Of a stretch of DNA of 64,000 nt, positions 1 through 10,116 are shown piece by piece. The DNA lies in contig JBEKIG010000001.1 in NCBI GenBank assembly GCA_050011875.1, forward strand, positions 64,001-128,000, given 5' to 3'. The position numbers and the translations under genes are program-made. The notes under the pieces were generated by a model that had not been told where the DNA came from, made no database searches, and saw nothing but the letters and a program-made list of their open reading frames with translations. Every line of letters starts with the position of its first letter. Within the stretch, counting starts at the first letter, position 1. Source of the DNA: Nitrososphaeria archaeon (GTDB lineage Archaea; Thermoproteota; Nitrososphaeria; JACIWG01).

Positions 1-375
1 TTTCCATTCGTAGCTGTTGTCTTCTTGGCCGCTCTACAAAGTATTCCACGTGAAGTCTTGGACGCCGCAGATATAGATAGCGCTTCCAGCTGGCAAAAGT
101 TCAGGCATATAACATTACCATTAATTGCAAAGGTAGGCCAGATAAGTATATTACTTAGTACTATATGGACCTTCAATCAATTTGTTTACCCCTACTTGAT
201 GACTAAAGGGGGCCCTTTGAATTTTACCGATGTTTTATCAGTCTTTATCTACCAAAAGGCGTTCACAGATTTTAATTTTGGATATGCCACCGCTGCAGCA
301 GTCGTAATGACAACTTTCTCAGGAATTTTCGTTGCATTATACATAATCTCCAGCTATAGGAGTCTGTTTGAATAA
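1..375 (+). CDS. Carbohydrate ABC transporter permease (MalF/UgpA-like), 5' partial
   Basis: Frame open from position 1 (FPFVAVVFLAALQSIP); EAA-loop variant DAADIDSASSWQKFRHITLP and typical C-terminal YLMTKGGP...FGYATAAAV. Confidence 0.9.
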   Translation, partial: FPFVAVVFLAALQSIPREVLDAADIDSASSWQKFRHITLPLIAKVGQISILLSTIWTFNQFVYPYLMTKGGPLNFTDVLSVFIYQKAFTDFNFGYATAAAVVMTTFSGIFVALYIISSYRSLFE

Positions 376-396
376 TATTATTAAAGGTGAAAATAT

Positions 397-1239
397 ATGA
401 TTAAAATTAAAATGAGAAAAAAGATAATCCTTGTAATCGCTAATACATTGTTACTACTGTTTGTTCTATTCCCATTCTTTTGGATGTTCAAAACATCGAT
501 TGAGCCAACTACAGAAGTCTACGGGTTGCCTTTAACATGGTTCCCTTCTCAACCGACCTTGGCTCATTATGCCGAAACCATTAATCTTGTAAACATCCCA
601 TTACATATGCTTAATAGCCTGTTTGTAGCAGGATTCAACACAATAATTGCTGTGTCCGTCACAAGCTGTGCAGGATACGCACTAGGCAGATTCAGTTTCA
701 GAGGTAACAGACCTTTCAGCATATACCTTATAGTAACGAACCTCATGCCAGGGATAGTATCAATTATCCCGTTTTACTTCTTTATGAGGGACATAGGACT
801 CTATAACACATACTGGGCGCTAATTTTAGCTTATCTCTTCTGGTCTCTGCCTTTCTGTACTCTTATGCTAAGGAGCTACTTCAAATCCTCTTTTCCAAAC
901 GAAGTGCATGACTCGGGCCTTGTTGACGGATGCAGCGAATTTTCAACATTCTGGCGACTTTGTGTGCCTGTCTCATGGCCAGGGATCGCCGCTGCGGGCA
1001 TATTTTCTTTCATTCTTGGATGGAATGAATTCTTCTGGGCGAGCATCATGTTGACGAATGCGTCTATGGCGACTATGCCGCTAGCTCTTGCAGATTTCAT
1101 AGGCGAAATGGGGCGTAACCCATACGTAGCTCAGTTCATGGCCGCTGGTGTTCTTGTTACCATACCTGCGATCATATTGTTCGCTTTCCTTCAAAAGTAC
1201 TTTGTTATGGGTCTAACTATGGGATCCGTAAAAGGTTAA
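397..1239 (+). CDS. Carbohydrate ABC transporter permease (MalG/UgpE-like)
   Basis: Multiple TM helices, LNSLFVA, EAA-like DSGLVDG, WNEFFWA, FLQKYFVMGL..GSVKG. Confidence 0.92.
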   Translation: MIKIKMRKKIILVIANTLLLLFVLFPFFWMFKTSIEPTTEVYGLPLTWFPSQPTLAHYAETINLVNIPLHMLNSLFVAGFNTIIAVSVTSCAGYALGRFSFRGNRPFSIYLIVTNLMPGIVSIIPFYFFMRDIGLYNTYWALILAYLFWSLPFCTLMLRSYFKSSFPNEVHDSGLVDGCSEFSTFWRLCVPVSWPGIAAAGIFSFILGWNEFFWASIMLTNASMATMPLALADFIGEMGRNPYVAQFMAAGVLVTIPAIILFAFLQKYFVMGLTMGSVKG

Positions 1240-1262
1240 ATAGCTTTTGTACAGGTTGAAGG

Positions 1263-2372
1263 ATGATAAAAATGGCTAAAACTGGTAAAGCGGCCATCGC
1301 CGTAGGTTATGGGAAACCCTTAGAAGTTAGGGAGTTTGAGCTACCTGAAGTTGATGACAATTCCATGTTGCTCAAGAATAATCTTTGCGGAATATGCGGA
1401 ACCGATATCCATATTTGGGAAGGAAGAATTCCTTTCAAGGCTCCAGCCATCATAGGGCATGAAGTTGTCAGTAAAATACAGGTGCTTGGAAAAAACATCA
1501 AAACCGACAACACAGGTACACCAGTAAAAGTGGGAGACCGTGTCATGGTAAACGTGGGCGTTGCGTGCAAAAGATGCTACCTTTGCTTATTAGATGAATA
1601 TACTGAATGCTTGAATAAAACAGGACCCCAACCCCCAGGCGTTCAGACAATAGAACAGAAACCACACTTTGTTGGAGGTTATGCAGAGTATTTCTTTGTC
1701 AGATCTGGCATGGAGTTTGTAAGGATTCCTGATGAATTAACTGACGAAGAAGTCGCATCTTTCAGCTGTGCTGGGCCAACTATTATACATGGATTTGAAA
1801 GAATAACTTTACGAGCTGGAGATTCAGTCGTTGTCCAAGGTGTTGGACCTGTTGGACTTTTTGCAATCATATACGCAAAAGCTATGGGAGCTGGCAAGGT
1901 CGTCGCAATTGGTGCTCCTGAAAGGAGACTGGAAATGGCCAAAAAGCTAGGTGCGGATTCAACGATAAACATTGAAAAATATGGAACTAACGAACGAATT
2001 GCTAAGGTAAAGGAGTTGACAAACAATATAGGCCCAGATTTGATCTGTGACGCCTCAGGCATACCTGCAGCAGTACCCGAAGGAATGGAAATGCTTCGCA
2101 ACAGTGGAACCTACCTGATAGTTGGCCAGTTCTCGGACAGGGGCACAATTCCTATCAAGCCACACTATATCACACTAAGACAACTCAAATTGCAAGGAAC
2201 AATGGGATATACTGCTCGTGAAATCTATAGGTATCTGATGTTCCTCAAGATGACTAGGACTCAGATCCCATATAAAGATGTGATTTCACATAAATTCAAA
2301 CTAGAACAAGCGACTGAAGCATTGGAAACGGTTAAGAAAGGGGAAGCAGTTAGAGCGGTTTTCGTTCCTTAA
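1263..2372 (+). CDS. Zinc-dependent (MDR family) alcohol/sugar dehydrogenase
   Basis: CGTDIH, GHE, structural Zn CKRCYLC...C, Rossmann GVGPVG. Confidence 0.92.
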   Translation: MIKMAKTGKAAIAVGYGKPLEVREFELPEVDDNSMLLKNNLCGICGTDIHIWEGRIPFKAPAIIGHEVVSKIQVLGKNIKTDNTGTPVKVGDRVMVNVGVACKRCYLCLLDEYTECLNKTGPQPPGVQTIEQKPHFVGGYAEYFFVRSGMEFVRIPDELTDEEVASFSCAGPTIIHGFERITLRAGDSVVVQGVGPVGLFAIIYAKAMGAGKVVAIGAPERRLEMAKKLGADSTINIEKYGTNERIAKVKELTNNIGPDLICDASGIPAAVPEGMEMLRNSGTYLIVGQFSDRGTIPIKPHYITLRQLKLQGTMGYTAREIYRYLMFLKMTRTQIPYKDVISHKFKLEQATEALETVKKGEAVRAVFVP

Positions 2373-2414
2373 ATTTCGGAACATCTTCAGAATGGGAACC
2401 CCTACATCTCCCTT

Positions 2415-3548
2415 TTGTTGGCCCTTTTTATGCTGTCTATGCGTTTAAATAATATCTCTGCGAATTCATTTTTCAAAATTATCGTAATAATTTTAGTATT
2501 AATGTTATCTTCTTCATTACCTTCAGCTGGAGCATCCGCCAATAAGGTAGTTAATATCGAATTTTTCTATTCCTACTGTTGTCCCGGTCTATGGAAGCCA
2601 GTTGGAAATGTAGATTCGCTGTTATCGCAAATGAAACAGATTTATGGTGATCAAATTAACATTACGGGAATAGATGTGACTACAAATAGTGGGATAGAAC
2701 AATGGCGTATATACAACTTTACATATATACCTTTCATCGTTGTTAACCACGAACTCGTGATCACCCAAAATAATATAACCGCAGAGAAACTTAAAACAGT
2801 AATAGATAGCTATCTAAGTGGTGATACCACCGTTAATCAAACAAAGCCGAGTACCTTAAACGTTAATGTTTTTCTCGTAATTGGTGCAGGACTGATTGAC
2901 GGAATAAATCCATGCGCATTCGCAGTTCTATTATACTTTGTAACTGTTCTTTTCACATTTAGAAAAGATACAAAAGGAAGAGTTTTTCTCGTCGGCTTGC
3001 TCTACATGTTCGCTGTGTTCCTGGCCTACTTGATTATAGGGCTCACACTCTTAAGACTGATGGTAATAGTAAAATACTATGAATACATAGCAACGGCAAT
3101 TATAGGACTAATCGTTATGGCGATGGGTGCATTAAATATAAAAGACTACTTCTGGTATGGCCACGGTTTAAGCTTAAAAATACCTGATTTCCAGTGGATA
3201 AATATCAGAAAATGGGTGCACAAGTTCACTTTACCAGCTGTTTTTGGTATAGGACTTTTGGTAGGTCTTTTCGAATTCCCTTGTACAGGCGCAATCTACC
3301 TTGGAATCTTGGCGATGCTGTCCCTAAGTCAAACCTCTGCTTTAGCTCTCTCCTATCTTATTCTTTACAATATTGCTTTCGTTCTTCCGTTATTTGCTTT
3401 GTTACTTATTGCCTCCAATAGGGGCATAAAAGAGTTCTCATTTAGCAGATGGAAAGAACATGAGAATAGAAACATGAGACTTGTTCTTGGTATAATAACA
3501 ATAGCTGTTGGGTTAGTGCTAGTCTTATATGCCTTCAATTTATTGTAA
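2415..3548 (+). CDS. Thioredoxin-like domain fused to CcdA/DsbD-type membrane domain
   Basis: Signal-like N-terminus, IEFFYSYCCPG, membrane domain with DGINPCAF and LFEFPCTG cysteine motifs; start codon uncertain. Confidence 0.75.
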   Translation: MLALFMLSMRLNNISANSFFKIIVIILVLMLSSSLPSAGASANKVVNIEFFYSYCCPGLWKPVGNVDSLLSQMKQIYGDQINITGIDVTTNSGIEQWRIYNFTYIPFIVVNHELVITQNNITAEKLKTVIDSYLSGDTTVNQTKPSTLNVNVFLVIGAGLIDGINPCAFAVLLYFVTVLFTFRKDTKGRVFLVGLLYMFAVFLAYLIIGLTLLRLMVIVKYYEYIATAIIGLIVMAMGALNIKDYFWYGHGLSLKIPDFQWINIRKWVHKFTLPAVFGIGLLVGLFEFPCTGAIYLGILAMLSLSQTSALALSYLILYNIAFVLPLFALLLIASNRGIKEFSFSRWKEHENRNMRLVLGIITIAVGLVLVLYAFNLL

Positions 3549-3566
3549 ATTTTCTGAAACTATACT

Positions 3567-4733
3567 CTAAACAATTCCTGGTATCCATCTGAAAGGATGT
3601 TTAGCTATTTCGTCCTCATTTAGGTCCACGCCAAATCCGGGCTTTGTAGGTAATTCAAGGTATCCATTGTTGACTTTTATTGGTTCAGAGACAACTTCAT
3701 CTCTCCAAGGGACATCGTCCACATCCAATTCCAGTATTAGAAAGTTTGAAAGAGTTGCACATAAATGTGCGTTGATAAATGTGGCTAGCGGGCTATGGCA
3801 GTTGTGTGGTGCAACAGGCATATAGTACATTTCACACAAGTTCGCAATCTTTTTTCCTCCGGTTATACCGTTCCAAGGAATGTCTAGCATGGCAACATCT
3901 ATAGCGTGCAGATCCAAGAAAGGCTTGAATTGAACGGCTTGGTAAAGTCCCTCACTCATGCAAATCGGCGTTTTAGTGGACATCCTAACAGTCTTACAAG
4001 TTCCAGCATCCTCGATTGGCACAGGTTCTTCTAGCCACAACAAGTTGTATGGTTCTAAAGCTCTGGCAAGTTTTATTGCAGATGTTTCATTAAACATGCA
4101 GGCAACGTCTAACATGATGTCTAGATTTTCACCTACTGATTCTCGGAAAGTACCAACTATATCTATGGCATCCTGTATTATCTGATTGTCTATCTGACCT
4201 CCGATTTGTCTAGATCTTCCGGTACCATGGAGATCTAGAATATTTGTTTTTAGTCCTGTGTAACCTCTTTGAACAACTTCTTTACCGAGCTTAGCGATAT
4301 CCTCTTTTGTATTTAGCTTAGGTTTTCCGATAACCTCATTAAACAGAAATCGTGTCCAGCCACAGTGTGTCCAATAGAGTCGAAGTTGGCTGTGGAAACG
4401 CCCACCCAGAAGTTCGTAGACTGGTACTCCCAAAGACTTTCCTTTGATATCCCAAAGTGCAATATCGATACCCGCAAGAGCCTTGTGGGCTATACCTCCG
4501 ATTGCTCTGATGTTTTGGTTGTACATCTTCCACCAGAGTTTTTCTATATTGTTCGGATCTTCTCCGATTACAGTTTGTCCGAGTTGTTTAACCTCTTCTG
4601 CGACCGTCAAGGCTTTACCCCAATCTGTGCAATCGCCATAACCTATAATTCCCTCATCTGTACTCACTTTGACAAAAGTCCATGGCCTGAATCCACCGTC
4701 ACAAAGAATAGGTTCGATATTTGTTATCTTCAT
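3567..4733 (-). CDS. Mandelate racemase/galactonate dehydratase-like enolase-superfamily enzyme
   Basis: FVKVSTDEG, IDIALWDIKGK, PVYELLGG, WLEEP, APHN, PGFGVDL. Confidence 0.9.
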   Translation of the reverse strand: MKITNIEPILCDGGFRPWTFVKVSTDEGIIGYGDCTDWGKALTVAEEVKQLGQTVIGEDPNNIEKLWWKMYNQNIRAIGGIAHKALAGIDIALWDIKGKSLGVPVYELLGGRFHSQLRLYWTHCGWTRFLFNEVIGKPKLNTKEDIAKLGKEVVQRGYTGLKTNILDLHGTGRSRQIGGQIDNQIIQDAIDIVGTFRESVGENLDIMLDVACMFNETSAIKLARALEPYNLLWLEEPVPIEDAGTCKTVRMSTKTPICMSEGLYQAVQFKPFLDLHAIDVAMLDIPWNGITGGKKIANLCEMYYMPVAPHNCHSPLATFINAHLCATLSNFLILELDVDDVPWRDEVVSEPIKVNNGYLELPTKPGFGVDLNEDEIAKHPFRWIPGIV

Positions 4734-4832
4734 ACAAAGTTGTCGTTTTTACCTTCCTTAATAATATTTCTACAATATTATTGGGGATTTCAAAACTGAA
4801 ATACTTGTTTAAAATCAGACCTGGACTAGACT

Positions 4833-5969
4833 CTACTCTATTACTTTAGAAAATTTATCAAGTATGTCTTCGTTAAACTCAATTCCCAAACCTGGTCTTG
4901 AAGATGGTTCAAGAAAGCTATCTTTACATAATATTGGTTCTTTGACAATCCTAGACCTTAGATCAGATGGATCAGTGACATAGTAGTACATTGGAAATTC
5001 GAGAGCCAGAAGGTTAGGAATGGCTGCCGATAGGTGAGCGCAAATTGCATCGTAAACTGGACCATACGGATCATGTATGACAACCGGTAGAGTATATGTC
5101 TCAGCCATATTAGCTATCGCTATCGATTCAATGAAGCCGCCTGCCCTGAGCGGATCTATCTGGACGATATCTACACAGTGTCCTGAGATCATGTCCCTAA
5201 AGGCGTGCTTTGTGCAGAGCCTTTCCCCTGAAGCTATGGGTATACTGGTTTTGCTTGCTATTGTTTTCAGCGCTCCGAAGTCTTCGCTTCCCACAGGTTC
5301 CTCAAAGAACCAGGGATCATACTTTTCAAGTTTCTTGCAGATTCTCATTGCAGAGGGAAGGTTGTATTTTGCATGAATTTCTATACCTATTTCAATTTCT
5401 TTGCCTACAGAATCGCGCACCGTCTTCAGTTTCTCCTCGGCGTTCTCGAGTTCTGCGGCGTTGATCACCTCACCTTCAGGATAAAACCAGAAAGGATCAA
5501 ACTTCAAGTATCTAAAACCTTCGTCGACAAGCTTTACGGCATTTTTTATAATCCATTTAGTATCATGTGCTATCTTAGGAAATACTGGTTCACAGTGTGC
5601 ATATGCCCTGACCTTATCGTTGTACTTTCCCCCGAGAAGTGTATATAATGGCGTCTTTGACTTCTTTCCAAGAATGTCCCAACATGCGACTTCAATCCCT
5701 GCTAAAGCAGTGATTTCGAGGGAACCAGGTCCTCTAATATCCAATTGGTTCTTGTAGACGCTGTTAAAGATTTTTCTCATTTCTAACGGGTCTTTTCCTA
5801 ATATGTAAGGTTTTAGCTTAGCCACCACTTGCGCTTGGGCTTCTTCTCCATAGACAGTACTCACTTCAGATATTCCAACTATTCCTTCGTCAGTAAAAAG
5901 TTTTACGAACACCCAATTAACTGCACACCCCGTGCCAACAATGTATGTCTTGATGTCGCTAATTTTCAT
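4833..5969 (-). CDS. Mandelate racemase/galactonate dehydratase-like enolase-superfamily enzyme
   Basis: FVKLFTDEG, EVACWDILGK, KFDPF, FFEEP, IASGER, PGLGIE. Confidence 0.9.
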   Translation of the reverse strand: MKISDIKTYIVGTGCAVNWVFVKLFTDEGIVGISEVSTVYGEEAQAQVVAKLKPYILGKDPLEMRKIFNSVYKNQLDIRGPGSLEITALAGIEVACWDILGKKSKTPLYTLLGGKYNDKVRAYAHCEPVFPKIAHDTKWIIKNAVKLVDEGFRYLKFDPFWFYPEGEVINAAELENAEEKLKTVRDSVGKEIEIGIEIHAKYNLPSAMRICKKLEKYDPWFFEEPVGSEDFGALKTIASKTSIPIASGERLCTKHAFRDMISGHCVDIVQIDPLRAGGFIESIAIANMAETYTLPVVIHDPYGPVYDAICAHLSAAIPNLLALEFPMYYYVTDPSDLRSRIVKEPILCKDSFLEPSSRPGLGIEFNEDILDKFSKVIE

Positions 5970-6355
5970 CCTTTTACTACTTCTCTTTCTCTCTTTATGG
6001 ATAACGCTATTTAATAGTTATTAATCATGTCAAAAAAAACTAAACAGTCCATGTATATATGATATGTAGAATATATAATAGGTATCTGCACCTAATTATG
6101 GTCGAAAACCACCGGACCCGCACCCAATTCTTCTTTGTTCATTATTTACAAGTAAATTAATGCTGAAATTCCAACCCCCGCACTATTCATTTTATATTGG
6201 CAAGACTCTTACTGTAAGAGAAAAATATTTGCCCAGAGTCATTGTAGCTTGTAGGGAGAATAGAAGTTTTTCTAAGATTATAATTTCAAAAAAAATCAGC
6301 ATACAACGCAAAGTCGTTCCGTTCATTCGAATGTCAGTTCTAGAGGTTTCCCTCC

Positions 6356-7378
6356 TCAAACCTTTTCGTCAGAGATGCCATCTTTACTTGGTAGGAGCTT
6401 TCTGATTTGAAGATGGTATGGGCATCTTAATTCGCATTCGCCGCATTTAAGACAGGTTGGAACTAGCTCTTTGGCCTTTTGAAACTGACTTTTAAGGCTA
6501 GGTGTCCACCCCATCCGTCTTAGAAATTGTTTTTCAGTGCGTAATACGTAGGATATAGGTATACCCCGCTGACAAGGTTGGCAGTAGTCGCAGCCGCGGC
6601 AGTATTCGGTTCCGAGTTCTTTCTTGTCTTTTTCTATGAGTTTCAGCTCTTCGGAGCTGAGTTTATAAGAAGCGGATGCAGTAGCGATGTTCTCTTCTAC
6701 TTCCTGTAAATTCATCATTCCTGGAATTACTACATCGACATTCTTATCGTTTAGTAGGAATTTAAGTGCTGTCTTTGTATTGCTGAAGGCTCCTCCGCCA
6801 AAGGGCTTCATTATTACCGTGCCCACCTGGTTTTTACTACAAAAAGGTAGCAAGTCCTCTCCTGGCAGAGTCGTGAGGTAGTTATAAGGTACTAAGATAG
6901 TTTCAAAGATGTTTTCTTGTACGATCTCTTTCAGAAGCAACGGATTATGGCTTGTGATTCCCAGGTGCTTTATTTTCCCATCTTCATGTGCCTTAATTAA
7001 GGCTTCCAGTGCTCCACCCGGGGCTTTAACCTGCTTCCAAGCCTCTTTTGTTGTCACATTATGCAGTTGGTAGATATCTACCCATTCTGTTCTAAGATTT
7101 TTTAGGCTTGTCTCAAGTTCTTGTAGAACCTCACCTTTGGTTAGTCGCTGTGTTTTTGTTGCTATGATTACATCGTCTCTCACATCTTCAAGAGCTTTCC
7201 CTATCCTCTCTTCACTGACCGTGTACGCTCTTGCCGTATCAAAATAATTAATACCCCTATCATAGCAGTGGCGGACGACCTTAACAGCTTCGTCTTCAGA
7301 GATTCTCTGGATTGGGATACCACCAAACCCCAGGGTCTTTACCTTTAGACCTGTTCGACCCAGAATTCTTTCTTTCAA
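6356..7378 (-). CDS. Aldo/keto reductase with C-terminal 4Fe-4S dicluster domain
   Basis: LGRTGLKV..LGFGG, INYFDTARAY, DIYQLH, MKPFGGG; CRGCDYCQPC and CLKCGECELRCP. Confidence 0.92.
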   Translation of the reverse strand: MKERILGRTGLKVKTLGFGGIPIQRISEDEAVKVVRHCYDRGINYFDTARAYTVSEERIGKALEDVRDDVIIATKTQRLTKGEVLQELETSLKNLRTEWVDIYQLHNVTTKEAWKQVKAPGGALEALIKAHEDGKIKHLGITSHNPLLLKEIVQENIFETILVPYNYLTTLPGEDLLPFCSKNQVGTVIMKPFGGGAFSNTKTALKFLLNDKNVDVVIPGMMNLQEVEENIATASASYKLSSEELKLIEKDKKELGTEYCRGCDYCQPCQRGIPISYVLRTEKQFLRRMGWTPSLKSQFQKAKELVPTCLKCGECELRCPYHLQIRKLLPSKDGISDEKV

Positions 7379-7455
7379 AGTATTTATCCTTACCTCTTGC
7401 GTTACATTGAATATATAACTCTTCTAACCACGAGAATAGCTAATCCTTTTTACGC

Positions 7456-7602
7456 TTATACCTTTAACAAATTAATCTTTCTTAGCGCGATAAGTCCTGT
7501 TAAGCAGGCTGTTCCCAGACCTTTGCAATTTTTTCTCAAGATATACTTGATCTTACTATTGTATCCAATTGTTCTAGCAGTGATCTCACTTTCAATCTCC
7601 AT
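7456..7602 (-). pseudogene. Fragment resembling polyprenol-phosphate mannosyltransferase (GT2)
   Basis: Manual translation of 48-codon ORF contains KIKYILRKNCKGLGTACLTG, like the GT2 R..K.GLG.A...G motif; rest of gene absent. Confidence 0.4.
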
Positions 7603-8048
7603 TCATCTTCAAAATACTATTACAGAAATGAAAAGCTAAAATAAACCGTATTTCCTGATTGTTATCATCATTTCTAGATACCCCATTTTTTTAGTATATT
7701 CATTATTTTTATATCAAACAATCTTAATAAGACAAACGTGGTTAAAGTTAAAGAGCAGTTTTTTGTTGAGTACCGCACACAGTTTCCTTTTTGCATTAAT
7801 ATTTAGAGCAGAGTCAAAACTTAGACTATTCTACTAATTTACAATTCGATCAAGTAGACATCCTCACTATATTGGGAGATTATTCTGGAATTGCTGAAAA
7901 AAATTAATGACAGATAAATAGTTAATTAGACAATAATAAATTAAGGAGTTCAGAGATCTACCCATTTCTAGAAACTGTCGCACAAATAATATATCCAAAA
8001 ATACAAAGAATATATAATTAAAACGTAAGATTATGGAAAGTTTAATAA

Positions 8049-9752
8049 TTGATTGAAGCCTGCCTTATAACTAGTGATATTTTGGGTCCTCAAGAGGGAA
8101 TAATTAAAATCCTCAAACAGGAAGGAATTGAATTTTTGAGTGTCATGCCCGTCGGCAACTTAACCCCTCAAGCTAGCAAAGAAAAACTCCGTATCATCAT
8201 GATGAGAACTGAACGCTTCGCGGTCGGTCTTGCAGACGGCTACTCCAGAGCTTCAAACGGGAAGAAGATAGGTGTATTTAACATTCAAGGAGGAGCCTTC
8301 CCTGTAGGAGCTGAGATAGCTCAAGGGGCTGTAGCCCAAGCCTTTGAAGACAGCTCACCAATCCTAGGTATAATGGCTGGTCCGACGCTCAGTCAACTCG
8401 GGCAGAACCGCTTCGATATAACAAGACAATATTCAGGGATTACAAAATGGACAGCTTACATCCCTGAAAGTTATCGAATTCCAGAGTTTATGAGGAGAGC
8501 ATTCACCTACCTCAGAACTGGGAGGCGAGGACCTATCGTCCTGCACTGTTCAAGTGTGAACAGGGGACCTGAAGAACTGAACTGGGGTGACTATGATAAC
8601 ACGAAGTACCCCTACGAACCGGTTAAGGGGTGGCGATATCCTGGAGACCCTCGAGATGTGGAGGTGACGGTTAAGGCCCTTCTGGCAGCGAAGAAACCTG
8701 TGATATACGCAGGTCAGGGAATCTTCTATGCTGACGCCTGCCAAGAGCTTGTCGAATTCGCTGAGCTCGTTCAAGTACCAGTAGTGACAACGCTACTGGC
8801 TAAGAGCGCCTTCCCGGAGGATCATCCTCTTTCAGTAGGTGTCTCAGGGATTCCAGCGGAGCATTATATTGGTGGCGCCGACTTGGTCTTTGGCATAGGG
8901 GAGAGCCTTTCTCCAGGAGATTTCAAGCACTACTTTGACGGCTCAGGTAAAATTATAATTCAAGCTGATATTGATGAAAGAGACATTAACATCCGCTATA
9001 AGATCGATCACGCCATAATCGGCGACGCAAAACTTATTCTACAACAGCTAATATCAGAAGTCAAAAGACAAGGAAGACAAGGAATCCGAAAGAATGAGAA
9101 ACTGCAAGATGATATAAGAGGGCTCAAAGCTAAGAAGATGGAAAAATACAAGCAAGCGATCGAATCAAACGAAAAGCCGATCAATCCATATAGGGTCTAC
9201 TGGGATTTAATGAACACCATAGATAGGAGGAATTCAGTTATCTCCCACGAGGCTGGGAGCACTAGAGATCAGCTGAGAACCATCTATGAAGCCATCATTC
9301 CAAGAGGCTTCATTGGCTGGGGAAACGCTAGCAGCCTCGGCTTCGGATTAAGTGCCGCAGCAGGAGCAAAACTCGCTTATCCAAAGAGGGATTGTATCCA
9401 TGTGACAGGCGACGGAGGTATCATGTATCAGATAGGCAACTTCGAAGCCCTCGTCAGAGAAAATATAGCAATAACCACAATCCACATCAATAACAGCGGC
9501 TTTGCAGGATATGGATCTGGCTTCTGGGGTTCAGGACATAATCCGGAGACGAGCGCTGTTACATCATCCACTATACTGAGTACAAGTCGGATAGCTGAGG
9601 GATTTGGCGAACATGCTGAGCGGGTTGAAGAACCCGACGAGATAATGCCTGCCATCAAAAGGGCAATTAAAGTCAATCGTTCAGGAAAGCCTGCGTTGCT
9701 TGAGTTCATCTGCTCCCAATACCCAGTCTACGACGATTGGATGCACAAATAA
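8049..9752 (+). CDS. Thiamine diphosphate-dependent enzyme (acetolactate synthase-like family)
   Basis: RTERFAVGLADGYSR, KKPVIYAGQG, ThDP motif TGDGG...HINNSG; start uncertain. Confidence 0.9.
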   Translation: MIEACLITSDILGPQEGIIKILKQEGIEFLSVMPVGNLTPQASKEKLRIIMMRTERFAVGLADGYSRASNGKKIGVFNIQGGAFPVGAEIAQGAVAQAFEDSSPILGIMAGPTLSQLGQNRFDITRQYSGITKWTAYIPESYRIPEFMRRAFTYLRTGRRGPIVLHCSSVNRGPEELNWGDYDNTKYPYEPVKGWRYPGDPRDVEVTVKALLAAKKPVIYAGQGIFYADACQELVEFAELVQVPVVTTLLAKSAFPEDHPLSVGVSGIPAEHYIGGADLVFGIGESLSPGDFKHYFDGSGKIIIQADIDERDINIRYKIDHAIIGDAKLILQQLISEVKRQGRQGIRKNEKLQDDIRGLKAKKMEKYKQAIESNEKPINPYRVYWDLMNTIDRRNSVISHEAGSTRDQLRTIYEAIIPRGFIGWGNASSLGFGLSAAAGAKLAYPKRDCIHVTGDGGIMYQIGNFEALVRENIAITTIHINNSGFAGYGSGFWGSGHNPETSAVTSSTILSTSRIAEGFGEHAERVEEPDEIMPAIKRAIKVNRSGKPALLEFICSQYPVYDDWMHK

Positions 9753-9857
9753 AGAAGTAACCTTTCTTCTCTCTCTTATTTTCCTCTTTCCATTGATCTT
9801 CTAATGAGAAATTATAGATGAGGAGGTCATCTTGGTGAACTCAGTAACTCTATCCAT

Positions 9858-9936
9858 GGAGCCGGATGCTGGGGTGAGCGCAACACCAAATACTATGTCT
9901 TGGTCCTGCAAACTGGTTCAAATCCCATTGGTTCCA
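9858..9936 (+). other. tRNA-like cloverleaf (pseudo-tRNA or unknown structured RNA)
   Basis: Acceptor-like stem GGAGCCG/TGGTTCC plus discriminator A, D-stem TGCT/AGCG, central stem ACCAA/TTGGT, T-loop GGTTCAAATCCC; T-stem and anticodon loop non-canonical. Confidence 0.45.
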
Positions 9937-10116
9937 CTTAAGAAAGGAAGGGAGCTTAAACACATATAGTACTAGCTCTATCTATCATATTATTTAAAGA
10001 AAAAAATAGATGCCTGCTAAACTTAAAAAACCCAGCGTTTGCCTCTACACTAAATTGTCTTCTCTCTTCTAGTCTCTTAAAGGAAACAAAAATGTTAATC
10101 TAACAGCTAAAACATA

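Noticed and set aside
9885-9903. CTA in the central loop of the tRNA-like element suggesting tRNA-Pyl
   Set aside because: Loop is TA-CTA-TG rather than CT-CTA-AA, no pyl genes here, and TAG-terminated genes end at natural C-termini
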